A DNA stretch of 64,000 nt, from contig OZ024740.1 in assembly GCA_964016885.1 (NCBI GenBank), positions 384,214,001 through 384,278,000 of the forward strand, read 5' to 3'. Below are positions 1 to 13,897 of this stretch, piece after piece. Origin of the DNA: Eledone cirrhosa. Taxonomy: Eukaryota. Both the position numbers and the translations under genes were made by a program. The number at the start of each line of letters is the position of its first letter. Within the stretch, counting starts at the first letter, position 1. Under the pieces are notes generated by a model. The model searched no databases, had not been told where the DNA came from, and saw only the letters and a list, made by a program, of their open reading frames with translations.

Positions 1-341
1 ATTTTACGGAAAAAGAACAACTGGCAGGATATCAATGTGTAGACCTCAAGCAAATAAAGCTTGTCTCACTCAGACATAGCCGGATCAATTTGAGCTTGTT
101 ACTTCTGTCAGGATGCAGAGGAAGGAGTATCTGAGGACTCTAGACCTACGACTTTCACCGGAATGTTCGTATATAAATGGACAGTGAGCAAGATTTGTGA
201 TATTTTTACACAATTCTGAATTGAATTATGTAGAATCACAACCCTACCATATTATGTATTCATACACATTTTACGTATATCACAGTTAAATACATTCAAG
301 TGACGTATGGTGCTTAACCCTTATTGAAGCGGGGGTGTAAT

Positions 342-533
342 AATTGTTTCTACTTTTGGCACAAGGCCAGCAATTATCCAGTGTATTACTGGTACTTTTA
401 TTTCATCGACCCCATAAGGATGAAAGGCAAAGTTAACCTCGGCGGGATTTAAACTCAGAATGACAAGGGCCGTAACTCTATGCGTCAACGCATGGCGTCC
501 GACCCTCTACCGATACTGCCAATCCACCGCCCT
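342..533 (-). mobile_element. tRNA-derived SINE, full length (cephalopod-type)
   Basis: Minus strand reads GGCGGTGGATTGGCAGTATCGGTAGA (A-box-like), GAGTTTAAATCCC (B-box-like), core CTTTGCCTTTCATCCTTATGGGGTCGAT, tail GGCCTTGTGCCAAAAGTAGAAACAATTATT; at least 7 other copies in the window. Confidence 0.85.
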
Positions 534-589
534 TAAACCGGGGTGTAATAATGAGAACCATACACACACTCAAACACGGACAGACACGC

Positions 590-727
590 ACATATATATG
601 CAAACGCACATACACATACATACATACATATATACATACAGAGATACATACACACATACATACATATATACATGCATACACACATACATACATACATACA
701 TACATACATACATACATACATACATAC
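590..727. repeat. (CATA)n/(CA)n microsatellite
   Basis: Direct inspection; source of the HTYI/MYVC ORFs. Confidence 0.95.
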
Positions 728-1336
728 ATGGTGGCTGCCAACTCGTTTTCGAGTACGGCCACTACTTTATATCCATGTAGGAGAACTCCTACCGATGCGC
801 TGAATGAGTGTGAGTTCTTAGTCCAGCCAGCGACTTGAAAACTCTGGTACAAACACTACACTTGTGACAATTATTGACACATAGTGCTGGGCCCATGGAC
901 CCATGTGACGACAAGTGCAGAGAGATCTCCAGATATAAAGCAATGCCTGTGCCGTGAAGCTTTAATAGTGAGCAAATGCACTGCACAAAGCCAGCCCCAC
1001 TCTCTTAACCAAGATGATATTTACCAAAAAGAAGAACAAGTCAACATCATTGGATACCACCAGGGTTGCAGGTGTTATATCGGAGTTTTCCTTCTCCTAG
1101 AATTTTGCCTTGACAATGGCTAAGGGGTCATCTCTCCCGGTGATTTTGGATGGCCATTGACTCTTAAGAGCTCCTTTGCCGTTTGACAGGTTTTGTTTTT
1201 ATTCCTGCAGGATGTCCAAAGACACCCTCCTCACCAAGAAACCTTGGTGGGGTTGCCAGTTTAGTCGCCAACGACCCGACCATGAGTCTGGTTGTACAGG
1301 GATACATGTTACCAGTAGCACCAACTGGTGACCTGA
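728..1336 (-). mobile_element. Non-autonomous, internally deleted RTE-like element (about 610 bp) embedded in (CATA)n
   Basis: 3' end encodes C2H2-like CSVCTRVFKSLAGLRTH typical of RTE ORF ends; 5' part has GGAGAAGGAAAACTCC as in RTE 5' UTRs; related copies at 23050, 47610, 48402. Confidence 0.65.
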
Positions 1337-1398
1337 CATACATACATACATACATACATACATACATACATACATACATACATACATACATACATACA

Positions 1399-1428
<30 letters not shown>
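1337..1428. repeat. (CATA)n microsatellite
   Basis: Direct inspection. Confidence 0.95.
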
Positions 1429-1432
<4 letters not shown>

Positions 1433-1558
1433 ATGGCGATCGTTGTAGTCAGTGTCCGATAATCGGACGTGTGTAATTACGGCTTACATGAAGGCAACAT
1501 AACATATATTGGAAAAAGTTGAGCTACATTACGCGGTAATAATTCTACAATAATTCTA

Positions 1559-1860
1559 CATAAGTGTTTGAACTGTAAGTGTGTTGTAAAACACCTATTT
1601 ATATGAACGATAGATACACTTATGATATATGAACGATACATGCACTTTAACATGTAAATGCAACGTTGTTATATTACATTTATAAAGAAATATACAAGTA
1701 ACGTTTTCGATTCAGAAACAAAAACATAAGTGTTTGAACTGTGAATATGTTGTGAATAAGTTGTAGAACACCTATTTATATGAATGATACATAAACTTTA
1801 ACATATAAATACAGCGTTGTTATATTATATTACATTCATAAAGAAATATATTAAGTAACG
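1559..1860. repeat. Imperfect tandem duplication, about 165-bp period
   Basis: CATAAGTGTTTGAACTGT...AAAGAAATATA..AAGTAACG occurs twice (about 1559 and 1725). Confidence 0.75.
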
Positions 1861-2063
1861 GTTTTTTTGTTCTCGATTCAAACGATTCAAGAACAACGTT
1901 TAAAACACAGTTGTAGAATTAAAAACTAACTGAAAAGAAATATTACCCAAGCTGTGAATAACTTTAAATTTGATTCTGACAGAACTTTGTCGAAACTTTT
2001 AAAGAAGATCATCGACTATTTTGAAAAATAAATACGAAATATTAGTGAATAGACGAACCCATC

Positions 2064-5000
2064 ATGGCAAAAAGTACAAGTTTCCTTCGACCAAATCGCA
2101 ACTACAACCGTTGTATACAGTGGAGCTATGAGCTTAACAAAGAATTATATGAAGCATACAAACAATCTGAACCGAAAAGTTCGGTTTTATGCAAAGGCTA
2201 AAAACTTTATGGAACTCCAAACACCCAGAATTAGACTTGTCTCCAAAACATTTAAATGAACAGGCAAAACGTATCATTAGATGTAAATTGATACATCTAA
2301 CGGAATTGAGTGATACTACAAATACAGCCCTTGTAGACAACCACCCCAACTCTCCTGACAGACAAAGAGAATGGCCAGCTAAATCTAACAGTGAACAGCT
2401 CACCAACAATTTTGCTGAAATCCATCCCACTTCCAGTGAAGAACAGCGAGAAAGGTCAGCTAACTCTAGTAGTAATTGTCACCACATCAACAACGAGGCT
2501 GAAATTCATGACTACTGAACAAACAGAACACCAAAATCTTGTGGATACCTTACAAGTGATATGGAACGATATGTTTCAAGAGATACACAGCCTTAATGTG
2601 AGTGAGAGATCATACAACACCAGAATCAGTAAAGAACTCAGTAAATTGGAATTGGAAGTGGTGAACGAAATAGCTGGCAATTATCTGAAGACTATACGAT
2701 CTAAAGGTGTAGAAACGACATTTGAAACGCTTAATATGTTGTTATATGTTTCAGCTGTCACATTGGTATCATATAACACACATCTAAAACCACGCAATCA
2801 AGATACAAACAGAAAGCCTGAACCAGCGTGGATGCGAAATTTAAAAAGCAAAATGTTGTCCCTGAGACGAAGTATCTCACACATCTCAGTCGTTATGAAA
2901 TGCAACATAGAGAGCAACTTCACACGACACCAGGAAGACCGAAAAAGAAAGTTAGAGAGACGATTTGGAGATACACAATTTAAAACTTTGAACTCCAAAT
3001 TACACCAGTTGAAACCACAACTCACAGCTACAACAGAAAGACAAAATATAAGTCAACAGCACATAAACGACAAGTGCTAAATAGATTGTTTGCCAGAGAT
3101 CCTAAATTAGTTTATCGCAGCTTCGGTGGCAAAAGCTCAATCCCTGTAAATGACACCGCTTCAAAAGAACAGGTTGAGAGCTACTGGAGATCTGTATGGG
3201 AAACTGATGGCGGATTCAACAGACAAACTAATTGGCTAAAAGAACTGGAACAGGACTACTGCCAACATGTCCAGACAAAACAATATGACGTAGATGGGTC
3301 AATACTGGAAACAGCTCTACAGAAAATGTCGAATAGGAAATCGCCAGGCCCAGACCTCATTACAGGATACTGGTTAAATAATTTCACTTTCTAACGGCAA
3401 GATCTCATACGGCTGTTTACAGAAACCATTAAAGGCACACAAGAATTGCCCAGATGGTTATCAACTGCCACTACTCTCCTCATTCCCCAAAATAGCCAAA
3501 AACCCTTGCTAAAAATTACCACCCAATAGACTGCCAAAACTTCATGTATAAATTATATACTGGGTGCCTTAACCTGTTCTTACAGGATCACTGTGCTACC
3601 AACAACATCATAACACCTGAGCAAGCTGGTGGAAAGAGGGAGGTGTGGGTTTGCATAGATCACCTACTAACTAACAAAATGATTCAGGAAAAAACAACAA
3701 AGAATCGCAGAAACATGACTGTGGTGTGGCTGGACTATCAAAAAGCATTTGATAGTGTACCTCATGGGTGGATTGTTAAGGCTTTACAGTTAGCCAAAGT
3801 CCCACAACCATTGGTAGCTGCTGTTGAACGCCTGACCAAGAACTGGTACAGCAATTTGATCCTTAGAGTGAGAAGGAGCAAGTTAAGACTGATAAGATAC
3901 ATTATCAGAAGGGCATCTTTCAGCGTGATAGCTTGTTAGTGCTACTCTTCGTTCTCTCACTGAATCCACTATCTTACCTACTCAGGGATCAAGATGGACA
4001 GAGAAGTGGGTCCAGAAGTATCTCCCATCTTTTCTTTGTTGATGACCTGAAGTTGTATGGGCCAAATATCAATGACATCAAGAAACAATTGGACCTCATT
4101 ACACAATTTTCAACCGACATCAAAATGAAATTTGTTGAGTCCGTGTGTGCATATTTGGCAGTAAAACGTGGAAGAGCTGTGCCCTCCTCTAGAAATCTAG
4201 AGATGAACGGCCTGACAATACAACCTCTACAGTCAGGTGACAGCTACAGATATATTGGACAGGATGAGAATGTCAGATATGATGGACCCATAAATAAGGA
4301 GAGAACCAGAACTGAATACCTCAGAAGAGTAAAGAAAATATGGCCTGCTGAACTGGTCATTGCAAGAACTAAGTGAGATGGATGTTAGAACACGCAAACT
4401 TCTCAGTGTTACTGAGAACTTTAACATCAATTGTAATGTGGATAGGCTATACTTCTCACGCAAGGAAGGTGGCCGGGTTCTAAAATCAATATTAACAACA
4501 TATGAGACCCGGATAGTAACATTGAAGCAACAGAGGAAAAAGGTTGGCAACCATCTTGACCAGGTTTATGACCATGAAAAAAAAAATATCATTAGAATAG
4601 CGACTGATCGAGAGATATGGAATAAAGCCTGATATAAATCTCTCACCCAGAGAAATCGGAAGATCCTATTCAATGTTCAAACAAGATAAAAAATTGACCA
4701 ATTTACAGAAAAAGTTGTGCATGGATACTTGAGACGTAAAACACAGACCATAGAGGGGATAAACCACTCAAAAAGCCTGGCATGGAGTTCCGACAAGTTT
4801 ATGAAATCACACCTTGAGGGATATCTCTGTGCAATACAGGAACAAGAACTCCCAACCAAATATATGTTGCACAAAAGAGGAGGGCCAGCAGCTGACAATA
4901 AATGTAGGCTATGTAAAACAAAGATCGAGGATGTAAGCCACATTGTTGCCAGCTGCGAAAGAATGTCATCTCGCTACAACCTCCCCGTGAGACACGATGG

Positions 5001-5556
5001 GATAGCTAGAACCATCTGGAACGCACTCCGAAAACAAAATTAACAACAAACGAGGAAGAATATATTGAGACAGATGGCACTAAGGAATACTGGTGGAACC
5101 TGAAAATAAAAACTGCCACCAAATTAAAGCACAACCGGCCTGATATTGTTGTTTGGGGCCACACATTGAAAACGTGTTCTGTTGTGGAGATCAGCTGCCC
5201 ACTTGATGTAAACGTTGTCAGAAAAATACAGGAGAAGGAGGACATCTATGGACCATTGATGAGGAGTTTACAAATCCAGTATCCAAGATACACCTTTAGC
5301 TTCATACTCATCATTATTGGACCTACGGGTTATATACCAACCCGCTTGGACCAAAGTATGACTGAACTTGGATTTGCGGACAAAAAGCGCAGCTCCCTAA
5401 TTCATAGTCTACAAATGGCTGCGATAGCTTGCACCTTCAAAATTTGCAAAACATTCTTGCGATTCAAGGGATGACAATTTCTTTTCTTTTACAACCTTGC
5501 CACCAGGAAGGTGGCCAGTCAAAAGAATATACTCGAAATTAAGAGAAAGAGATAAC
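2064..5556 (+). mobile_element. R4/Dong-like non-LTR retrotransposon (RT plus restriction-like endonuclease), near full length, frameshifted
   Basis: Fragments KSPGPDLITGYW, WLDYQKAFDSVPH, HLFFVDDLKLY (RT), CRLCKTKIEDVSHIVASC (CCHC), RHD, HNRPDIVV..VEISCP (RLE); 3' end runs into CATACATAC. Confidence 0.88.
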
Positions 5557-5569
5557 ATACATACATCCG

Positions 5570-7020
5570 ATTAGAATAAATATGTTCATCGGAACTTTTT
5601 GTGCACAAATTAAACTGTCGCCTCACAATGTGTTTGCTGTGCCTGTCCTAACACCACCCGTTTGGAATACTCAATTGGACGATAGAAGAAATCCGAGCCA
5701 TTGATTTCAAAACTAGAAACATTCTAACAACACAGGACACTTTCACATCAATGTGGAAGAGACCGCCTCTACTTGAAACGTAAGCAGGGAGGCAGAGGCC
5801 ATATATCAGTGCAGATAGCATTTGAATGTTGCATCATATCCCTTCGACAACATTTACGAACCTCGAAGCGTAGGTGTCTATCTATTGGCAAGTATGTTTC
5901 CATGAGACAGATAAGATCATGAGAGTTGGAAAGGAACACATTGAAAGATACTCCCTGTATGGTAATAACAAACTCACACCTAGGGAAATTGCTCAGCAGT
6001 ACCGCAGTGAATCCATGGATGAAAAACTGCATGCTTATCAGCAGAAAATTACCATGGATATTTGCCAGGCAGCTCTAGAGTGAGAGTAATATAGATTAGC
6101 AAAGTAGACTACCTTCAGTCAACAACCGCTATATGGGCCCCCACTTTGAAGGATACGCTTTTGAAATCCAAGAACAGGACAGCAACACAAAATAACACAT
6201 TCACAAAAGAGATAGGTATGCAGGCAAAAACACGTGGATGAAACAACAAATGCAGACCCTGCAGAATTAACATCGGAGATGTCACCTATGTCATAAGCAG
6301 CTGTACAAATATGTCATCACAGTACTATGTAGTGACCAAAACACACTACGATGCAATCCGTAGAAAAGATAGTCCCGACAATAAACACGTTAAAAGCTAT
6401 AGCATTGTGGAAGACATACATAATATGAAAGAGTACTGGTGGAATGCTCCAGTAAAAACCCCAATAAAATGCAGGCATAACAGACCAGAAATAATGATAC
6501 TGGACAGAGAAATAAGGGATGCACAGTTGTGAAAGTTAGCTGCCCAGCAGATGCCAATATAATTTAAAGGTAAGCGAAAAGGAGAATAGATATGCAGAAC
6601 CAATGCGAAATCTACAGATACTCCACCCTGACTATATATTCTTCAGACTTATGCCTGTGATTTGGGGGGCACTGGGATATGTTAGGAACTGATTCAGTAC
6701 AAGTCTTGAGAAGCTAGGTTTCACAGAAACAGAAAGAACACGACTAGTTAGGAAATTACAAGTACAATCATTAATGGAACAGTAAAAATAAGTAAAATAT
6801 TCCAAAAATTCTGCATCTAATAACTTCATATACACTTGTACAGGTACAAAGCATATGGACACGTATATATGCAACTCAAAACATCCACATCCACACATAA
6901 AATAGCATTCATGCCTGCACACACATGCAAACATATCTACCTAGTTGACGTTTTGTAAATTCCAATGAGAGAGTCTCTCTCTCTATTGGCCAACATTTGT
7001 GAAGTTATAACACCAGAACA
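5570..7020 (+). mobile_element. 5'-truncated degenerate R4/Dong-like LINE, second family
   Basis: YWWNAPVKTPIKCRHNRPE RLE motif; homologous to 49865-51265. Confidence 0.8.
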
Positions 7021-7199
7021 TACTATATACATTATTTTAATGTTATTCTAAATGTAAATATATATATTTTTATTCTATTTTTTGTTATCAAAGTCTACTA
7101 TGAAATATTAAATAATTTCCTTTCATTTCTGAAACCTGTTTACTGTGGCAGATGTTGTGAAATTTGTTCAGCTCTGTGAGAAATATTTTGGTACTGCAT

Positions 7200-7330
7200 A
7201 CTAGACATTACTATTAAGAAATGCCGAGGTTGACATTGCCTTTCATCCTTACGGGGTCCATTAAATAAAGTACCAGTAATGCACTGGGTAATTGCTGGTC
7301 TTGTGCCTAAAGTAGAAACAATTACTATTA
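7200..7330 (+). mobile_element. SINE, 5'-truncated
   Basis: GCCGAGGTTGACATTGCCTTTCATCCTTACGGGGTC core and tail. Confidence 0.75.
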
Positions 7331-7481
7331 AGAAATGCATGAAGCTGAATGTAATATTTTGTTGGGTGAATCTTAAATGATGAAAATGACACTTCAAATA
7401 TATATTTGTGTTTATGCATACATCTATTTCACACACAGACTCTCTCTATCTCTCCAACCAATTTTCCTCTTACTCTACCAT

Positions 7482-7487
<6 letters not shown>

Positions 7488-7546
<59 letters not shown>
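7488..7546. repeat. (CT)n microsatellite
   Basis: Direct inspection. Confidence 0.95.
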
Positions 7547-7547
<1 letters not shown>

Positions 7548-7951
7548 ACCGCCCTGTCTGTTATATACGTATATACATGTGTGTGTATTCTATTGTATGT
7601 GACATTTGTTTGGCACTTCTATCATTAATATCATTTTATACTACAGCTAATATGACTTTTAAATTGTGGATGCAGACAAAATAGTTATCTAGTGGAACCG
7701 CAACTCATATGTTGAAGGTTTGGTTACATATTATCAATATACTAATATACTAAGAACATAGACTAGTGGCCCAGTAAGCAGTCTGATGATGGATGTTCTA
7801 TCTTCCACACGAAAATAGGTTACAAAATCAAACAGTAATATGACTGTAATGGGATGCTAAAGCAGGTTTGTGGCATTCTGTATCACAACGGCACCCTTGT
7901 TCCTCCATCTTTAATTACCGGTCCATAAATACATATATATACACATACATG

Positions 7952-8062
<111 letters not shown>

Positions 8063-8075
8063 TATATATATATAG

Positions 8076-8163
8076 CATTGTTTCTACTTTTGGCACAAGG
8101 CCAGCAATTACCCATTACATTAGGGTACTTTATTTTATCGACCCCGAAAGGATGAAAGGCAAA
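8076..8163 (-). mobile_element. SINE 3' fragment
   Basis: Matches tail and core of 342-533. Confidence 0.75.
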
Positions 8164-8169
8164 ATATAT

Positions 8170-8639
8170 ATAATGACGTATTATCTTCGTTTTTTCCGTT
8201 CATTGCCAGAGAACGTCTCCATGAACCACCTAATAGAATATTAGTCTACGACTTCATTTACACCATAAACGTGTAATTGTTTTCACCGCACCAAATAATT
8301 GTTTCAACTTTTTGGCACAAGGCCAGCAATTATCTCAGTGTATTACTGGTATTTTATTTTATCGACCCGAAAGGCAAAGTTAACCTCGGCGGGATTTGAA
8401 CTCAGTCCGTAAAGGGACGTAACTGTGTTAAAATGCACCAAATGATGACGTATTATCTTCATTTTTTTTCCGTTCTTTGCTAGCGAACGTTTCCACGAAC
8501 CAAGGTATCGTCTTCCTGTCTTCTTTCGGTTGCAACGTTTCTTGAAATATTTACTTCTACATTCACAGATTGACATTTTAGTTTCAGAAGATCCCGTTAA
8601 GGGTGAAAGCAGCGATTCTTGACTTAAACTTTGATCTGA

Positions 8640-8645
<6 letters not shown>
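8170..8645 (+). mobile_element. 3' UTR/pLTR fragment of the Naiad-type PLE family at 29046-32194, interrupted by a SINE
   Basis: Reverse-complement match to 29050-29370, including CAGAAGATCCCGTTAAGGGTGAAAGC. Confidence 0.75.
8297..8434 (-). mobile_element. SINE, 5'-truncated, with target-site duplication GCACCAAAT
   Basis: GCACCAAAT at 8288-8296 and 8435-8443 flanks the SINE. Confidence 0.8.
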
Positions 8646-8734
<89 letters not shown>

Positions 8735-8735
8735 C

Positions 8736-8777
<42 letters not shown>

Positions 8778-9217
8778 GCATGGCCCAAGCCGGATGGCTG
8801 GAACAGATAAAACAGAGTATACATACATACAGAACAACAGTATTCAAAATATCCTATTGTATATAGTACAGTAGAATCTGATTTGAAACGTCGCCCTCAT
8901 TCAAGGAAATGAGAGTAGAGAAGATTGTAATATTACCCATGACCATCTAACAAGAGTTTGCATGTTTTTTTTAAATGGCCTAACATTCTGTCATTGCTTT
9001 ATGTTTTCACATTCTCACTATAGCATGGAAGAATAATAGATGTCTTACAAATTTTAAATTAAGTATGGTCGTAAGAACAAATTAATCATTGAAATACACA
9101 TTTTGATTTAATTTCACATAAGTCATCATTTGTGCTTCCATATATTGTACATATTTCTTATTGTCTATTGAATCAATTAAGTCATTTTCTGTAAAATACA
9201 TTAATCAAAGTACACAG

Positions 9218-9251
<34 letters not shown>

Positions 9252-9315
9252 CAAATACACACACATACACATACATATATACACACATACACACACATAT
9301 CTATATATATATATA

Positions 9316-9385
<70 letters not shown>

Positions 9386-9649
9386 CATATATATATATAT
9401 GAATATATATGTATATGAATGTCTATGAAGAATTGTGTATGATTATGAATGTTTGTGTATATGATTCTTGGGATAAAACATTTGCTTCGCAACTATGTTT
9501 ATATATATATATCACCTTGACCGACCAGTCTGTCGGGCGCCATTCGGGTTATAGCTACTGTCGCTCAGAGAGAGGGATTGGCTTGGTGCACAATCTTTCC
9601 TTACTTTAAAAAATATCTTCACACACAGGCATTGTATGATAGAATTAAT

Positions 9650-9840
9650 TAATTGTTTCTACTTTTGGCACAAGGCCAGTAGTTACCCAGTACATTACTG
9701 GTACTTTATTTTATCGACATCGTAAGGATGAAAGGCAAAGTTTACCACGACGGGATTTTGAACTCAGACCGTAAAGTGACGTAACTATGCTGGAAAGCAT
9801 GGCGTCCGACTCTCTACCGATACTGCCAATCCACGGCCCA
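9650..9840 (-). mobile_element. SINE, full length
   Basis: Matches 342-533. Confidence 0.82.
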
Positions 9841-10279
9841 TGATAGAATTAATTAATAATTATTAATAATGGTATATCGTGCAATGGCCATACTCAATAA
9901 CCAGGGCGCAGCCATCATCATGTATGTATGTATGCATTCTCACAAAAGTTCTGAGTGCGCTAAGAAAAATGTTTTTCACATAGAAAAAATTGTTACTATA
10001 TTTGCAAGGTATTATTCAGAATATTATTCTAAAGATTACTGCCGTAAGTTGATGTCGCATTTTGTTATCAGCATTCGGGTAAAGATATTTTTTTACATTT
10101 AAAAGGGACCGTAATTTATTCAAGAATTTTCTTTCTCTTCCATTACTTCTTGGCATTAGTTTTCTTACTCGAATAGGTGTCGCGTCTTGTGGAAAACCTT
10201 TTCATTTTATCGATCATAAAGGCGAAATATCGTTAGTTTCACTGTAATAGTTTGCGTCCAAACTATTCACAATTGTATC

Positions 10280-10343
<64 letters not shown>

Positions 10344-10375
10344 TCAGATCAAGAGATGGTTAAAAGAGTTCCATG

Positions 10376-10446
10376 TATTTTATTATGCGCATTTCAAAAA
10401 CAAATATCATCATGCAATAACATTTGCGTTTTCGTCAGATAAAATA
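10376..10446 (-). ncRNA. Minimal type I hammerhead ribozyme in PLE terminus
   Basis: Minus strand: TATTTTAT CTGACGA [stem II] GAAA TGCGCA TA ATAAAATA; 8-bp stem I. Confidence 0.85.
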
Positions 10447-11396
10447 GGGAGACATGATATGAAGGTTAAAAAACACTTGTGAATAGTGCAGTTCTAAATC
10501 AGCATATGAAAAGTAGTTTTAGATTGATGTGTGATGTTGGGAACAAAATTGAGGGTGGGGGTGGAAAGGATGAAAAAGAGGAGGAGATGAGAGTAAAAAG
10601 TGGAGGGGGAGGAGTATAATGAGGAAGGATGAGATAGGAGGAGATATGGGTGCTAGAGAGAGATAGCTTTTATAACTGAGAAAAATATATTGTTTTACAT
10701 AGAGAGGTTAAAAAAACCGTTGGAAGATAATATATAAATTAACAGAATTTGAAAATTAACGAAGAGAAAAATTTTAGAATAATGTTAAATTAAGGTTTGT
10801 ATATTGAAGGGTTTAATAATATGTGAGATGAAAAGAAATTGTTAACATGTATTAAGAATAATATTTAAGGGTTTAAAAATATGTGCGATGGAAAGAAATT
10901 GTTGATATGTATTATTAAAAAATATAAAAATATAACAATAGTAATGTAATTAAGGATATATTGTGAAAAGAAGTAGAAGAGTGGATGAATAAGAGTAATA
11001 TGTATAAGTTAGATGAGCATGAAAGGGAGAAAAAAATAATGAATTGAGGATGAATAATCTAACGTAAAAAAAAATGTTATGTTTAAGAAGGATTTTTTCA
11101 AGGTGATATTATAAAGTAAGGATATATTGTGCTGACTAATATTGAGAAGTATCTAGGAAGAAAAGGTACAGATTAGAGGTTAGAAATTAAAAGAAAAAGA
11201 AAAAAGAAAAGAAAAAAGGAAAAAAGAAAGAAAGGCAAGTGATAAATAGGAGTGATATAGAATGAATAACTAGTATTATATAATGTATAATAAATAACAT
11301 TGAAACAAGGTAGAAAGATTTTTAAAGAAATAGATATGTATATATATATATATGTGCCTTTGTGAAAAGGATTTTAAATTGGTAAAGTATTAGATA

Positions 11397-12506
11397 TTAG
11401 CTGTATACGTTATGGAATGTTCTGTGGAATGTATGCAAGCAGAGAGAAAACAAGTCAGTGCGTCTATTTATTATAGAATCTAAATTAGATATAATGGTAA
11501 ATTTTTCACATAAACAGAGATTGCATGTCTTGGATAGAGAACCATTCAAGTATGAGGAAGCAGAACAAACCTTCTTCCAAGAGATGTTATAGTTAATATT
11601 TTTGTCTTTCAAGGACCATATGAGTTCTGAGAGTGCCGTGTTGGTTCTTTTAAGTTGGTATTTAAAAGACGAATGATGATTATAAAGACGAGCTTTAAAG
11701 GAGGTGGAAGTGGAGCCAAAATAGGTAAAGGAATTGGTGTCAGTTATAACTTTACATTCGTAGATTAAGTTTTTTTCAAGACAATGGTTGTTGAGAGGAC
11801 ATTTATTTTTAACAGGGCAATTACAATTGCGATTAGAGAAATTAACAGAGTTATTAACAAGTGACCTAGTGTTATCTATAGATGGAATTGTATTGGAGAA
11901 GTTATTTACGATAGGATTAATAGTTTCTTGATTTCGAATTGGATTAAGAACATTTAACGAAGTTGCGTTTGACATTGTATTTGTTTTTGCAGAAATTAGC
12001 CTAGAGTTTACAATGACGTCGGTAGTACTATTACTATTATTATGATAATAATAATAGTGTTGGAAGGAAGAGATTTAGTATTTAGTATTTTATTGTTGTG
12101 TTTAGAGATAATGTTGGAAATGTTGGAGGAGGTCGAATCGGAGAATGTTATAGTGTGTTTGTGAAATATTTTACTATAGATATGTGAGGGAGGGAAGCAT
12201 TTATTTAAGGCACTAAAGAATAATTGGGGAATATTATTATTATTAGAGATGGAGAAAGGAGGATTATACCAGATTATGTTTTTGTATCTAGGTCTTTTAT
12301 TAAAGTTATTGGAATGGTCATGATTAATTATTCTACTGTAAGATCTTCTAGAATTTGTTTCTTTACTATATTTGATTTTATCAGGATAACCGGCTTTAGA
12401 AAGCGCGTTATTATAGTAATTGGCGTGAGCATCAAAGATGTTTTTATTAGAAGATAGGTTTGATATTCTTTTTCCAATATTACTAACTATAGCATTCTTA
12501 ATATTA
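11397..12506 (-). pseudogene. PLE RT C-terminus and GIY-YIG endonuclease (frameshift near 12010-12050)
   Basis: ORFs 12008-12532 and 11397-11975. Confidence 0.85.
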
Positions 12507-13826
12507 GTGACACCAATTATAACTGACACCAATTCCTTTACCTACTTAGGCTCCACTTCCACCTCCTTTAAAGCTTGTCTTTATAATTATCATTCGTCTT
12601 TTAAATACCAACTTAAAAGAACCAACACGGCACTCTCAGAACTCATATGGTCCTTGAAAGACAAAAATATTAACTATAACATCTCTTGGAAGAAGGTTTG
12701 TTCTGCTTCCTCATGTTTGAATGGTTCTCTATCCAAGACATGCAATCTCTGTTTATGTGAAAAATTTACCATTATATCTGATTTAGATTCTATAATAAAT
12801 AGACGCACTGACTTGTTTTCTCTCTGCTTGCATACATTCCACAGAATATTCCATAAAATATACAGCTAGTATCTAATACTTTACCAATTTAAAATCCTTT
12901 TCTGAAAGGCACATATATACATATACATATATATTTCTTTAAAAATATACCCATCTTTCTACCTTATTTCAATGTTATTTATTATACATTATATAATACT
13001 AGTTACTCATTCTATATCACTCCTATTTATCACTTGCCTTTCTTTTTTCCTTTTTCTTTTCTTTTTTCCTTTTTCTTTTAATTTCTAACCTCTAATCTGT
13101 ACCTTTTCTTCCTAGATACTTCTCAATTCTCATTATTACTGAGCACAATATATCCTTACTTTATAATATCACCTTGAAAAAATCCTTCGTAAACATAAAC
13201 ATTTTTTTTACGTTAGATTATTCATCCTCAATTCATTATTTTTTTCTCTCTTTCATGCTCATCTAACTTATACATATTACTCTTATTCATCCACTCTTCT
13301 ACTTCTTTTCACAATATATCCTTAATTACATTACTATTGTTATATTTTTATATTTTTTAATAATACATATCAACAATTTCTTTCCATCGCACATATTATT
13401 AAACCCTTAAATATTATTCTTAATACATATTAACAATTTCTTTTCATCGCACATATTATTAAACCCTTCAATATACAAACCTTAATTTAACATTATTCTA
13501 AAATTTTTCTCTTCGTTAATTTTCAAATTCTTTTAATTTGTATATTATCTTCCAACGGTTTTTTAACCTCTCTATGTAAAACAATATATTTTTCTCAGTT
13601 ATAAAAGCCATCTATCTCTATATGTATATCACCCATCTCTCCTCCTATCTCATCCTTCCTCATTATGCTCCTCCCCCTCCCCTTTTTACTCTCATCTCCT
13701 CCTCTTTTTCACTCCCCCCCCACTCAATGTTGTTCCCAATATCACACATCAATCTAAAACTACTTTTCATATGTTGATTTAAAACTTCACTATTCACAAG
13801 TGTTTTTTATCCTTCATATGTCTCCC

Positions 13827-13897
13827 TATTTTATCTGACGAAAACGCAAATGTCATTGCGTGTGGATATTTGTTTTTGAAATGCGCATAATAAAATA
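13827..13897 (+). ncRNA. Minimal type I hammerhead ribozyme in PLE terminus
   Basis: TATTTTAT CTGACGA(13835-41) AAACGCAAATG...TATTTGTTTTT GAAA(13878-81) TGCGCA TA ATAAAATA. Confidence 0.85.

Noticed and set aside
1-200. Possible host exon at the window start
   Set aside because: Short open frame with no recognisable motif or splice support
7783-7820. CTGATGA...GAAA near 7783
   Set aside because: Stem II does not abut GAAA and stems I and III do not form
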